This document shows positions 13,870-26,692 of a stretch of DNA of 64,000 nt, piece after piece. The position numbers and the translations under genes are program-made. The DNA comes from Vicugna vicugna (Eukaryota), in the NCBI GenBank assembly GCA_013265495.1, contig MU061578.1:3917308-3981307 (forward strand), read 5' to 3'. Each line of letters begins with the position of its first letter. Positions within the stretch are counted from its first letter, which is position 1. Under the pieces are notes generated by a model. The model saw nothing but the letters and a program-made list of their open reading frames with translations. It made no database searches and was not told the origin of the DNA.

Positions 13870-14310
13870 CCAACTGGCTCCTGCCCACCATTCACCATTC
13901 CCTCTGAAAGAGCCTTTACTCACTTACTACTGGACTATTGTTTTTATTGAATACTTGAGGCTCTTTATATATTATGGACACTAAGAGATATTTTATATTT
14001 TTTCTAAAAATTTGTGTTTCTTTCTCATTTTTAATATAACTGGAATTTATTTTTATGAATGGTGTGAATTTTGTGATCCACTTTTGTTTTTACCATACAG
14101 CTAGTCACCCACCTCTCTGATTTGTAATGCCAGTTCTGAGATGCCAGGAACTTATGCATGCAGAGATTTGCCTCTGAGGCCTCTACTTTTATTCCATCAG
14201 AGTATTTCTCTATCCCTGGACCAATGACATAATTAGTCTCAGTTTCTGGAGGGTAGGGCCCCTTCCTTGTGACTTTTTTCCTCAAAACTGCCTTGGCTAT
14301 TGCTGGCACC
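13870..14310 (-). mobile_element. Old L1M ORF2/3' fragment
   Basis: The - strand encodes IAKAVLRKK and has an L1-like T-rich composition; it appears to continue at ~16200 and 16800-18400. Confidence 0.55.
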
Positions 14311-14992
14311 GTACCTTATAAAAGATGAGATTTCCTGTTGTGTTTTAACTTAAATCTGACAGAATCACTGTGTTTATTTCACTTTCACAGTTAGTTAATT
14401 ATGTAGGATCAATGAAGACAGTAGTTTCATTTTCACAAGCCAGTGCATAAATTTGATTTCCAATGACAAATATTGTTTATAGCTTTCAATGAACAAAAGC
14501 AATTTTCTTTTATAAACATAGGAACAAATGCAATTTTGAAAATAAATATTTTTATGAGAGCCACATAACCTTGAGATGGGATATTATAACCTCAGTAGTT
14601 AGAATTTACTTATCACAGACACCCTGACTCAATTCATTAAAATTTAAGAATTCTTACAAGCAACGTGCACATCTGAACTTTATTAAAAATTTTTTTCTTT
14701 TGGTTCATGACTGAGAGCTGTCTGTCAAGAAGGCAACTTGGTCTTACTCATCTCGGGTAACTCTGCGGAACTGCTCTGGTGAAGCATGGTTTTCAGCACA
14801 GCTTTATATCTTGTCAGAACAGAGAAAGTCAGGGTAACATTCTCTTAAGTTTCAAAAAAAAAAACAGATCAGCATGTACACAGCAAATCAGTACAGCCTT
14901 GACACCTGGGAAGGGGGTCTTAGTGGAAGGAGGACCAGCATTGGCATCCCAAGGAGGGAGGCATTTAATCTTTATTGCTAGAATGGACATTC

Positions 14993-15890
14993 TCTTTTTA
15001 AATTGAAGTATAGTTGAGTTACAATGTTGTGTTAATTTTGGGTGTCCAGCATAGTGGTTCATTTATACATATATGTATTCCTTTTCATATTCTTTTTTAC
15101 TATATGCCATTACAAAGTGTCAAATATCGTTCCCTGTGCTATACAGTAGGACCTTGTTGTTTATCTATTTTACATATAATAGTGTGTATCTGGCAATCCC
15201 AAATTCCTAATTCATCCCTCCCTCCACCCACTTCTCCTTTGGTAACCATTAGTTTGCTTTCTGTGTCTGTTTCTGTTTTGTAAATAAGTCATTTGTATAA
15301 TCTTTTTAAGATTCCACATATAAGTGATATCATATGATATTTGTCTTTCTCTGTCTGACTTTCTTCACTTAGTATGATAATCTCTCGGTCCATCCATGTT
15401 GCTGCAAATGGTATTATTTCATTCCTTTTTTATGTCTGAGTAGTATTCTATTGTACAAATATACCACAATATCTTTATCCATTCATCTGTCGATGGACAT
15501 TTAGATTCCTCCATGTCTTGGCTATTATCAGTAGTGCTGCTATGAACATTGGGGGACATGCATCTTTTCCAAGTAGAATTTTTTTCTGGACATATGCCCG
15601 GGAGTGGAATTTCTGGATTATATGTTAAGTTTATTTTCAGGTTTTCTTTAAGGAGTCTCCATACTGTTTTCCATAGTGGCTGCACCAAATTACATTCCCA
15701 CCAACAGTGTAGAAGGGCTCCACACCCTCTCCAGCATTTATCATTTATGGACTTTTTGATGATGGCTATTCTCATTGTAGTTTTGACTTACATTTCTCTG
15801 ATACTTAGCAATATTGAGCATTTTTTCATGGGCCTATTGGCCATTTGTACGTCTTCATTGGAGAAATGTTTGTTTGGGTCTTCTGCCCAT
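14993..15890 (-). mobile_element. 5'-truncated LINE-1 (ORF2 C-terminus and 3' UTR)
   Basis: ORF 15419-15775 encodes [24 protein letters not shown]; laurasiatherian L1 3' UTR; degenerate TSD gaatggacattct / gaaatgaacaatct. Confidence 0.9.
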
Positions 15891-16221
15891 GAAATGAACA
15901 ATCTTTACTTCTGGTCAGCACACCCTTTACTTAATGATTAAGGCAGATGTACAATGTCTGTTTGACAGGCCACAAACAGGCTGTTTTAGTTGGCACAAAA
16001 TTCAAGTTATTCATGTATAAGCCAGAAGAACTTCCTCATACCTCAATATGTGAAAATTTCTTCCATCACGTGTCAACAAAACGTATTCCACTCAAGGAGT
16101 TTGTTGTCAAATACCATTGTGCCTTGTAACCCCAAGGTTCATTCTCTTTTTAATCATCAAAGAGTTTAATGATAAACTTTCACTCCCACAGACCTGTCAT
16201 CAAAACTTAAAAATTAGCTTG

Positions 16222-16793
16222 TCTTGCAGAAACCGAGGGCACTCTTCAGGTGGATCCACTACACCCGTTACCTGCCTTCACTGATCCAAGGTCCTTTCAC
16301 TGTTGCCACAAACAGGGCCTAAATAATAAGCTGTTTGCCTGAGTTGTTTTCCAGGAACTTGGAGTCAGCTGTGTCCAGTTGGAGCTCCAGCTGGTTAAGA
16401 CTAGTTAGGACACGGGCCCTCCATTAGGGCCTAAGTAAGTGACCTTTTGATGTCAGAGGTCCCAAAACTCCACCCTCAGAACAGGCAAAGCCCCCATTTT
16501 CCAAACGTGCGGCCTCATGAAGAAGCCTGTAGTTGAGTTGCACCTGCTCAGAACATCAGTTGTGTCATCTTTTTCTTCTCTCCAATCACCTTTCCCCACG
16601 CTCCTCACGCCCAGACCACCCTACTTCTTTATCCCATAAGTCTCCCAGCCCCTCACCATCAGGGAGGCAGGTTTGAGCTGTGTCCCCATCTCCTTGAGTG
16701 GCTGTCTCATAAACCCTTTCTCCTGGGCTGCAAACCTCCGCATCTCAGCGTTGCGCTTACTGCTCATCAGGCACATGAATCCGGTTTGCTAAC
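16222..16793 (+). mobile_element. ERV solo LTR
   Basis: TG..CA ends, CCAAT at ~16582, TATA-like cataag, and a cataaacccttt polyadenylation region followed by U5-like sequence ending gctaaca. Confidence 0.6.
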
Positions 16794-16799
16794 AGTGCT

Positions 16800-18400
16800 T
16801 CCCGAATGTATTTAGTATTTCTGTTGGAACTGTTGTGAATTTACGAGACTTGACATCTTTACGATGTCAGGCCATGACACCTCCATCCACTTATTTAGTT
16901 TATGTCCTTTAGTTCAACTGATGACGTCCTCTGTAAATTCTTGCGGTGGTTTGTAGATTTCTGTCCAGGTGATTTATAGTTATTGGTGACGCCATCTTAT
17001 TGATGCTCCTTCTGGTTGATCACACCAGTGTCTGGAAGCACGGCTCATCTTTAGTGTACTGCTCTTCCCCTGATCTTGTACAAAGCTGCTTTGCTGGCCT
17101 CGGATTCGCTCTAGCGGGATCTAGAAGATGTTGAATTCAGCGTAGAGTACCATCTTGTCCTGGCAACTTCGTTTCTTCCTTTCTGATCTCCACACCTTGG
17201 AAGAGTTGCTGTTTGCTTTTGTGCTGTCAGGGATGACCTGGGCTGTGCTGGGCACCCCCACCTGTCCCTCCCTCATCAAAGGAGGGCCCTCCAGAGCTCA
17301 CCACTGAGCCAAACGTTTGCTGTGGGTTATTGAGCTGAGGAAGTCCCCCTCACCCAGCTTCACCAAGAGCCCTGAATTTATCAACCCAAAGAATCAAACG
17401 CTTCTTCCTTATCTACTGAGCTTATCACTTGGTTGTCCATTTATCTCTATTCTGTTCACGTGGTAAATTGTACCCATAGATTTTTTTTCCTTGTTTTAAA
17501 CCACCCACGTTTAGACCCTATTCAGTTTTATTGTGATTTTTTTATACATGTGGTTGGAGTCAGTTGTTAGTGTTTTATTTTGGATTTTTTTAATCTTTGT
17601 TCACAGTGGAAATTGGCATGAAACTTTCCTTGACTTTGTGTGTGCGGTTTTGTTCTCTAGGTTGTAACAATAAAACTTGCTGGGGAATTTTCCTCTTATT
17701 CTATTTCTCTGGAAGAACTCCATGTTAAGCGAGGATTACGGTCCTTGACGCTTTAATACGGTTCTCCCGCGAAACTGTGAGGGACACGTGTTTTCACTTG
17801 TTTAATTTCTGGGTAAGGTTTCAATTTCCCTTATGCCATTATTCTTTAATGATTTACGGATGTGTTTGGGTTTCCCTTTTCTCGAGTCAGTTTGCTTGCA
17901 TTATACTTGGCTAAAAATGGTCCAAGTCGCCCAACCAACTTGTTTATTGTTGTTCATGCTGATCTCTTGTGACCTGTAAAACTCCCTGCCCTTTCCGAGC
18001 TGTGTTTCCTCGTTTTATCACTGATCATTTGTGCATCTTCTTCCTGCCTAATCCGGCCAGAGCTGTGCCTGTTTCATTAGATTCAAGGAACTTTTAGCTC
18101 TATTACAGTTTCTTTACCTATGTCACCTGTTTTATCATAAATCACCTCTTAACTTATTCCTTTAATTATCTTTTACTCTATTCCTTATGCTTTCTTTTGA
18201 TTACCCTGGTGTTTTTTTCTCATTTCTTGACTCAAACGTTGCATTCTTGATTATTTTCACTTAATCTGAGGGTGACTGGTTTTTCCCTTCAGCACATGTC
18301 TCCCCGTGACTGTCAGTAGATGGTACTTTTGCTGTTGGTGATTCTAAATGTTTTGTAACTTGCATTACGACATTTCTTTGACCCAGTGAGTTTTTTTAGA
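16800..18400 (-). mobile_element. Ancient, highly diverged L1M ORF2 remnant
   Basis: T-rich antisense L1 wording, e.g. gtttgctgtgggtt..tgagctgaggaagtcccc and atctactgagcttatcac. Confidence 0.55.
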
Positions 18401-19748
18401 AGTGTATTTTTTAACTTAAAAACGTGCAAGTGTTTCTGCCTTTATTTTGATGGATGAGCAAGTTTAAAGGAACAACCTAGCCTGTGCTTGTTTTCAAATA
18501 CGAGGCAGCTGAAAGTGAGCTCTGGGAGCAGAAATTCAGGCTCAATATTTACCGAGGTGGTTAATGAAAATGGTGAAATCAAATACCCCACGTCAGTAAC
18601 AAAAGATGCATTTACAAGACTCTCCCTAGAAAACTTAGTCAAGGATTGGGAAGGTTGCCTGGTTCGTGGTGTTCAGCTGTGATCTGCTCCTGTTCGTGTA
18701 TGTCAAAGCCAGGGCTAGGGAGACCATGGCCACCCTCCTGGATGTCTCAGCATCAGGCAGGGCTGAGGTTGTGAGGGTGGAGGGTGGAGGGGCAGGAGGA
18801 AGTTGTCACACTCTGGATGACTCCTTAGAGTTGGCAGGCGCAGGAGAGACGTGGATGTGTGCACCTGTGCCCGAGGCATCTCCCAGACGGTGTTTGGGTT
18901 CACACACACCCGCAAACAGGCTCTGTCTGCTCTTGTCTGGCACCTGCTGACCCCTCCGCCTGGTGCCCCACAGACCTGGCCTCAGGCTGGCGCTGCAGGC
19001 ACATGCCCGCTGGCACCTGTGCCCACCTCCACACGTTGGAATCTCTCATCATGCCCATCAAGAGACACCCTTTCTCTCCTTGGAAAACAGTCAGGCATCT
19101 CCTCGTTGGAATGTTTTCCTTACTGCTTCCAGGAGACTGGTTCTACTTCAGTGCCTCCACTGTCACTTGAACCTAGCCCTGTAATGCCACTTAACACGCC
19201 ACACCCTGAAGCCATTGTTCATCTTTTTGCATTGAGGTACCGTTAAATTACAGTGTTGGTTTCAGGCACGCGACATAGTAATTCACAATTTTAAAGGTTA
19301 TACTCCATTCAGTTATTATAAAATGTTGGCTGTATTCCCTATGCTGTACAATAGATCCCTTGTAGCTTATTTATTTTATACATGGTAGTTTGTACCTCTT
19401 AATCCCCTACTATCTCACCCCTCCCCCTCTCCTTCTCCCCTCTGGTCACCACTAGTTTGTTCTCTATATCTGGGAGTCTGTTTCCTTTTTGTTATATTCA
19501 CTAGTTTGTTGTATTTTTTAGATTCCACATATAAGTGATATCATACAATATTTGTCTTTCTCTGTCTGACTTACTCACTTAGCAAAATACTCTCCAAGTC
19601 CATCCATGTTGCTGCAAATGGCAAAGTTTCATTTTTAGTGGCTAAGTAGTATTCCATTGTGTATATATACCACTTCTTCTTTACCCATTCACTTGTTGAT
19701 GGACACAGGGTTGCTTCCATATCTTGGCAAGGGTAAATAATGCTACTA

Positions 19749-19785
19749 TGGAAGGCAGCTATGCTAACCACTATACCACCAACGC
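19749..19785 (-). pseudogene. Retroposed 5' half of tRNA-Gly(TCC) (tailless retropseudogene)
   Basis: The reverse complement GCGTTGGTGGTATAGTGGTTAGCATAGCTGCCTTCCA matches the first 37 nt of vertebrate tRNA-Gly-TCC. It is flanked by a perfect 16-bp duplication AAATAATGCTACTATG (19735-19750 and 19789-19804) and has no poly(A) tail. Confidence 0.9.
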
Positions 19786-20199
19786 CGCAAATAATGCTAC
19801 TATGAACATTAGGGTGCATGTATCTTTTCAAATTGGTGTTTTGGGGTTTTTTTTTCCTAGATATATACCCAGGAGTAGAATTTCTGGGTCACTTGGTAGT
19901 TCTATATTTAGTTGCTGTTTTTTTGTTTTGTTTTGTTTTGAGAAACCTCTATACTGTTTTCGACCAGTGGCTAGACTAATTTACATTCCCACCAACAGTG
20001 TACAAGGGTTCCCTTTTCTCCACATCCTTGCCAACATTTGTTATTTGTGTTCTTTTTGATGATGGCATTCTAACAGGTATGAGGTGATACCTCATTGAGG
20101 ATCTGATTTGCATTTCCCTGATGATTCATGATATTGAGCATGTTTTCATGTGCCTGTTTGCCATCTGCATTTCCTCTTTGTCTATTCAGGTCTTCTGCC

Positions 20200-20370
20200 T
20201 ATTTTTTTTAATTTTTAAAAATTCTTTTCTTTAATCTTCTTTTGTGTGTGTGTGGGGGGTATAATTAAGTGTATTTATTTATTTTTTAATGGAGGTACTG
20301 GGGATTGAACCCGGGACCTCATGCATGCTAGGCATGCACTCTACCACTGAGCTATACCCTTCCCCCTCCA
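20200..20370 (-). mobile_element. vic-1-type SINE nested in L1
   Basis: Same tRNA-Ala-like head and AT-rich tail; degenerate TSD ttctgcc(c/t)at. Confidence 0.85.
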
Positions 20371-23300
20371 TTCTGCCCATGTTTTAATTGGGTTGTTTTT
20401 CTGATGTTGAGTTCTATTAGCTGCTTATGTATTTTGAATATTAACTCCTTGCTGGTCACGCCTTTTGGAAAATTTTCTCCCACTCACTAGATTTGTTTTA
20501 ATTTTGCCAGTGGTCTCCTTTGCTGTGCAAAAGATTTTAAGTTTAATTAGGTCTCTCTCTCTCTTTTTGTTTTTTGCTTTTATTTCCTTTGCTTTAAGAG
20601 ATGGATCCAAAAAATATGGCTATGATTTATGTGTTCTGCCTGTGTTTCCTTCTAGGAGTTTTGTCGTTTCTGGTCTTACATTTAGGTCTTTAATCCATCC
20701 TGCATTTATTTTTGTATATGGTGTTAAGACAATGTTCTGATTTCATTCTTTTACATGTAGCTGTCCAGTTTTCCCAGCACCACTTACTGACGAGAATGTC
20801 TCTTTCCTATGGTATAGTCTTGCTTCCTTTGTCATAGATTAATTGACTGTAAATGTGTGAGTTTACTTCTGGGCTCCCTGTTCTGTTACACTGAGCCACC
20901 TGTCTGTTTTTGTGCCAGTACCATACAGTTTTGATGACTGCAACATCGTGGTGAAGTCTGAAGTCAAGGAGTGTGATACCTCCAGTTCTGTTCTTAAGAT
21001 TGTTTTGGCTGTTTCAGGTCTTTTGTGTCTTCCAAACAAATTGTAGAATTATTTGTTCTAGTTCTGTGAAAAATGCAATTGGTATTTTGAAAGGGATTGC
21101 ATTGAACCTATAGGTTGCCTTGGGTAGCATGGTCATTTTAACAATAATTCTTCCAATCCATGAACACAGTATATCTCTCCATCTGTTTGCATTGTCTTCA
21201 ATTTCTTTGATCAGTGTCTTACAATATTCAGAGCACAGGTCTTTTTACCTCGCTAGATAAGTCTTTTCCTAGGTATCTAATTCTTTTTGATGTAATTGCA
21301 AATCCATTGTTTCCTTAATTTCTTTCTGATAGTTTGTTAGTGTATAGAAATGCTGCACACTTCTGGATATTAATTTTGTATCCTGCAACTTTACCAGAAT
21401 TCACTGATGAGCTCTAGTTTTTTGGTGGCATCTTTAGGATTTTCTGTGTATAGTATCGTCATCTACAAACAGTGACAGTTTTACTTCTTCCTTTACAATT
21501 TGGGTTCCTTTTATTTTTCTTATCTGATTGCTGTGATTAGAACTTCTAATACTATGTTGAATAAAAGTGGCAAGAGTGGGCATCTTTGTCTTGTTTCTGA
21601 TCTTAGAGGAAATGTTTTCAGCTTTTCACCATTGAGTATGATGTTAGCTGTGAGCTTGTCATATATGGCCTCTATGTTAAGGTATGTTCCCTCTAGACCC
21701 ACTTTCTGAAGAGTTTTTTTTTATCATAAATGGATTTTGATTTTTTCAAATATTTTTCTGCATCTATAAAGATGATCACATAGTTTTTCCTTGAATTTGT
21801 TAAAGTGTTATATCACATTGATTTGCAGGTATTGAACCATCTTTGCATCCCTGAAATAAATCCCACTTGATCATGGTATATGATCCTTTTAACGTACTGT
21901 TGGACTCAGTTAACTAAAATTTTGTTGGGAATTTTTGCATCTGTGTTCATCTGTGGTATTGGCCTGTGCCTGCAACTTTGTGTGTGTGTGTGTGTGTGAT
22001 AGCTTTGATTTTTATATCAGGGTGATGCTGCTCAGAATGAGTTCAGAAGCATTCCTTTCTGTGCAATTTTTTGGAATAGTTTGAGAAGGGTAAGTGTTAA
22101 CTCTTCTCTAAATGTCTGATAGAATTCACCTGTGAAGTCATCTGGTCCTGGAATTTTGTTTCTCAGGAATATTTTATTACTGATTCAATTTCATTACTGT
22201 TAATTGGTCTGTTCATATTTTCTGTGTCTTCCTGGTTCTGTCTCATATCATACATTTCTAGGAATTTGTCCATTTCTTCTAGGTTGTCCCTTTTATTGGC
22301 ATATCGTTGTTCATAGCAGTCTCTTATGGTCCTTTGTATTTCTGTAGTGTTGGTTCTAACTTCTTTTTTCATTTCCAATTTCATTGGTTTGGGTCCTTTT
22401 TTGCCTTGATGAATCTGGCTAAAGGTTTATCAATTTTGTTCATCTTTTCAGAGAGCCAGCTCTTAGTTTCACAGATCTTTTTGTCAGTCTCTATTTCATT
22501 TATTTCTTTATGATTTCTTTCCTTCTAACTTTTGGGTTTTGTTTGTTCTTTTTTTAGTTCCTTTTAGGTATAAGTTTAGGCCATTTGAAATTTTTCTTGT
22601 TCCTGAGGTACACTTGTGTCACTATGAACTTCCCTCTTAGACCTGCTTTGGCTGCACCCCATAGATTTTGGATCATTGTGCTTTCGTTTTCATTTTTCTC
22701 CAGGTAATTTTATTTCCTCTTTGATTTCTTCAGTGACCTCTTGGTTGGTAATAGCATGCTGTTTAGCCTCCACATATTTCTGGGGTTTTTTTTTAAGTTT
22801 TCTTGTTGATTTCTTGTCTCATAGCCTTGTGGTCGGAAAAGATGCTTGATGTGATTCAATTTTCTTAGATTTGCCACACTCTGTTTTGTGGCCTAGCATG
22901 TGATCTATCTTGGAGAATGTTCCATGTGCACTTGAAAATAATATGTATTCTGATTTTTGCATAGGATTTACTATGTATATTAAGTCCATTTGGACTAATA
23001 TGTCATTTAAGGCCAATTTTTCCTTATTGATTTTCTGTCTGTATGATCTGTTCATAGATGTAAATAGGGTATTAAAGTCCCCTATTATTATTGTGTTACT
23101 CTCAAGTTCTCTCCTTATGTCTGTTAATATTTGCTTTATGTATTTAGGTTCTCCTATATTTGGTGCATATGTATTTATAATTATTATACCTTCTTGGATT
23201 GACCCTTTTGACCATCAATGAAATGTCCTCCTTTGTCTCTTGTAACAGTCTTTGTTTTAAAGTCTGCTTCGTCTGATATAGGTGTTGCTCCCCTGTCTTT

Positions 23301-25490
23301 TTCCATTTGCATTTAATAACTTTTTCTGATCCTTCATTTTCAGTCTGTATGTGTCTCTAGATCTGAAGTTAGTCTCTTGTAGGCAGCATATATATATGGG
23401 TCTTGGTTTTGTATTCATTTAGTCACTCTGTCTTTTGAGTGAAGCATTTAGTCCATTTACATTTAAAGTAATTATGTATGTTCTTATTGCCATTTTGTTC
23501 ATTGTTTGGGGGTAGTTCTTGTAGGTCTTTTTGTTGTTGTTCCTATCTTGTGTTCTGTTGTGATTTGATGACTATCTTTTGTGTTATATGTGGATTCCTT
23601 TTTCTTGTGTGTATATCTATTATGGATTTTGGGATTGCGGTTCCCATGAGGTTTTTTTTTTTTATAGCAACCTATATATTTATACATGATTGTTTTAAGT
23701 TGCTAACTGTGAATTTCAAGTGCATTTTAACAACCCTGCATTTGTACTCTCTTCCTCACATGATTACTGTTTTTGACATCACATTTACATCTGGTTGTTT
23801 TGTGTATCCCTTAACTGCTAAGTGATTATAGATAATTTTACTGCTTTTGTCTTTTAATCTCCCTACTAGCTTTGTGTGGGGGTGACTTCCTGCCTTTATT
23901 GTATGTTTGCTTTTACCAGTGAGATTTTCATTTTGTAATTTCCTTGTTTCTAATTGTGGTCTTTTTTTTCTTCTTCTTCTTCTCTTTTTTTCTTCTTCTC
24001 TTCCTTTAACATTGCTTGTAAAACAGGTTTGGTGGTACCAAACTCTTTCAGCCTTTGCTTGTCCATAAAACTGAATCTCTCTGTTAAACCTGAATGAGCG
24101 CCTTGCCAGGTAGAGTATCCTTGGTTGCAGGCTTTTCTCTTCCGTCACTTGGAATGTATCATGCTGCTCCCTTCTGATCTAGAGAGATTCTGCTGGAAAG
24201 TCAGCTGATGGCTTCACAGGTGTTCCCCTGTATGAGACTTGTTGCTTTTCCCTTGCTGCTTTTAATATTCTCTTTATCTCTAATTTTTGCCATTTTAATT
24301 ACACTGTGTCTTGGTATGATCCTCTTTGACTTAATCCTGTTTGGGACTCTCTGTGATTCCCGGACCTGGGTGACTGTTTTCTTTCCCAGGTTGGGGGGAG
24401 TTTTTAGCTATTATGTCTTCAGTTATATTCACAGCTCCTTTCTCTGTCTTCTCCTTCTGGGACCCCTATAATGCAAATATTAGTGTGCTTGATGTTGCCC
24501 CAGAGGTCTCTCAAACTGTCCTCATTTTCTTTTCATTCTTTTTTCTTCTATTCAGCATCACTGATTTCCAATACTGTCTTCCAGCTCACTGATCCATTCC
24601 TCTGCATCATTTAATCTACTGTGAATTTCTCCTAGTGTAGTTTTCATTTCAGTTACTGTATTCTTTAGCTCTGTTTGGTCATTGATAGTTTCTAACTCTT
24701 TAACTTATAACTTCTCATTTTGTGCATCCATTCTTCTCCCAAGTTCTTTGAGCATTCTCACAGTTATTACTCCAAACTCTTTTTTGGGTAAATTGCCTAT
24801 CTCTGCTTCTCTTAGTTCTTCTTCTGGGGTTTTATCTCATTCTTTCATTTGGAACATGTTCCTTTTTCACCTCATTTTGCCTAAATTGCTGTTTTAATTT
24901 CTGTGTATTTGGTAGATTGATCATGTTTCCCAACTTTGAAGAACTGATCTTTTTTGAGAGAAGTTCTATGTATCCCAACAGCATACTCCCCTCTGGTCAC
25001 CAGAGCTATATGCTCTAGGGATGTCCTCTATATGGGCTGCATGAGTCCTTTGGTTGTGGTGAGCTGACTGCTGTGGGTGATCTGCTAGATGTGGCTGTCT
25101 CCCTGTCCAGTTGGTTGCCAGATCCTGCCTTGTACAGAGGATGCTGGCCACTGGTTGGCAGGGCTGGATCATGAGGTGGCTGGCTGCAGAACCCCATAGG
25201 ACCTCAGGGCTGGTGCTGACTCACTTCTGGGCAGGGTTGAAGTCCAGGAGTTTCTGGAGCTGGCACCTGCCCACCTGTAGGTAAATTCAGATCCTGGGGC
25301 TAGTTCTAGCCCACTGGTGGGCAGAGCTATGTCCTAGGGTCTGGCTGCAGGGCCCAGGGGTCCCAGAGCTGGTGTCAGACCACTGATGGGTGGAGCCAGT
25401 TCCTGACACAGCTGACTGCAGGATCTGGGATGTCTTGAAGCTTATATCAGCCCACCAGTGAGTGGGGCTGATCCTGGGGCTAAAGGGTCC

Positions 25491-25823
25491 AAGGTGGATG
25501 CAGGAGCCCCTGCAGATGAGCACCCAAGAGCCCTATTGATAACTATATTCTTCCAGGCTTACCTGCTATGGCCACTTCCACTGGGGGGCACTGTGGCTCC
25601 TACTCATGCCCACCAGCCCTGCCCCCCACACTGGGCCTTCCCAGAGCTGCAAAAGGAGCTGGCTGTGCACAGGTGGGCAGCTCCCCTCAACCTGGGAAGG
25701 ATCCTAGAGAGAGCTGTCGAGCCTCTGGGGAAAGGAAAGAGTCACATGGGGTCAGGAATCTCCTGGGGTCCCAGTGATGGAGCTCCCCAAGAAGAACAAG
25801 GTTTGAGACAGCAGCAGCAGCAT
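25491..25823 (-). pseudogene. PRSS29: PRSS29 (implantation serine protease 2)-like pseudogene, 5' part only
   Basis: Signal exon 25763-25823 (MLLLLSQTLFFLGSSITGTP; cag|ATG acceptor; donor mutated GT->GA). His exon ~25491-25646 reads LVG|MSRSHSAPQWKWP*QVSLEEYSYQ*GSWVLICRGSCIH, resembling the remembered Prss29 sequence [21 protein letters not shown]. It has two stops and ends at an L1 5' UTR. A GATAAA TATA variant lies at ~25972-25977 (- strand). Confidence 0.8.
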
Positions 25824-26692
25824 CTGCAGGGGAGGGGCATAGAGGGGGAGCTGGGACTTGGCCCTGGGCTCAGCGAGGGAATGGCTGGGAGCCCCATAGT
25901 GTCTGGGAGGGGATGGTACCCTTACTAGGCCAGGAACCCCAGCTCTCTACTCCAGGGACCTCCTGAGCCTCTTTATCTTATGGCCACAGGAGGTGGGCAG
26001 CAGGAAGCATATGCAGGATGAAGGCTTCCCTTCCCCCTGAGACCAGTGACGGCTGACCATGCCAACATGTGGCCCAAGTCCAGAAGGCCCGTCTCTCTAG
26101 GTCTCCCTCCTCCTCCTCCTCTCCCTTCTCCTCCCCCACTCCCCACTCTTCCCTTGACTGAACAAATGATCCTAAACTTGGGCAGTGAGAAACCACTGGA
26201 TTTAACTGGAATCAGCCAGTGCTGGCCAACAGGGCTTTCTGTGAGGGTGAGAATGTTCTAGATCCTCACTGTCCACTAGGGCTGCTGCTGCCAGGGAGAA
26301 GCCACTGGTGGAGAGACACATGAGCACGGCCTGAGGGTCATGGGCCAGCCCAGCAAGCTGTCTAGTGTGTATAGCTTGTGGGATTGGGGAAGTGAATTTT
26401 CCACTTAAGTCAATCTTAATTCGTTTGAATTGATGTGGCCCCATCAGCAGCAGACAATAGTCCAGACTGTCCTGGATGGTGGGGACAAGAAAGTGACTCA
26501 CCACCACCAGGGATGTTGTCAAGATTTAGATAAGAACTTCTTAAGATGCCTCCCTGGGGTAGGCTGGGGCCAGTGGTCTTGCCGGCCCATCTGTGACCCA
26601 GGCTTATCCCCCTCCACCAGCTGAGGCTAAGTGGCCTGTACTTGCCCCACCTGTGTCCTCTCACTTGTGTAACCTCCAGGTCCCCTGAACTT

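Larger units (their letters stand above)
19222..25490 (-). mobile_element. Near full-length inactive LINE-1
   Basis: 3' UTR at ~19222-19570; ORF2 fragments ([26 protein letters not shown]); ORF1 fragment LQPRILYLARRSFRF at ~24100; repeat-rich 5' UTR at 24950-25490. It contains a nested SINE and the tRNA half. Confidence 0.93.

Noticed and set aside
18488..18682. Short ORF with protein-like composition (..EVVNENGEIKYPTSVTKDAFTRL..)
   Set aside because: I cannot assign it to any family, and there is no retrocopy hallmark. A BLAST search would be needed.
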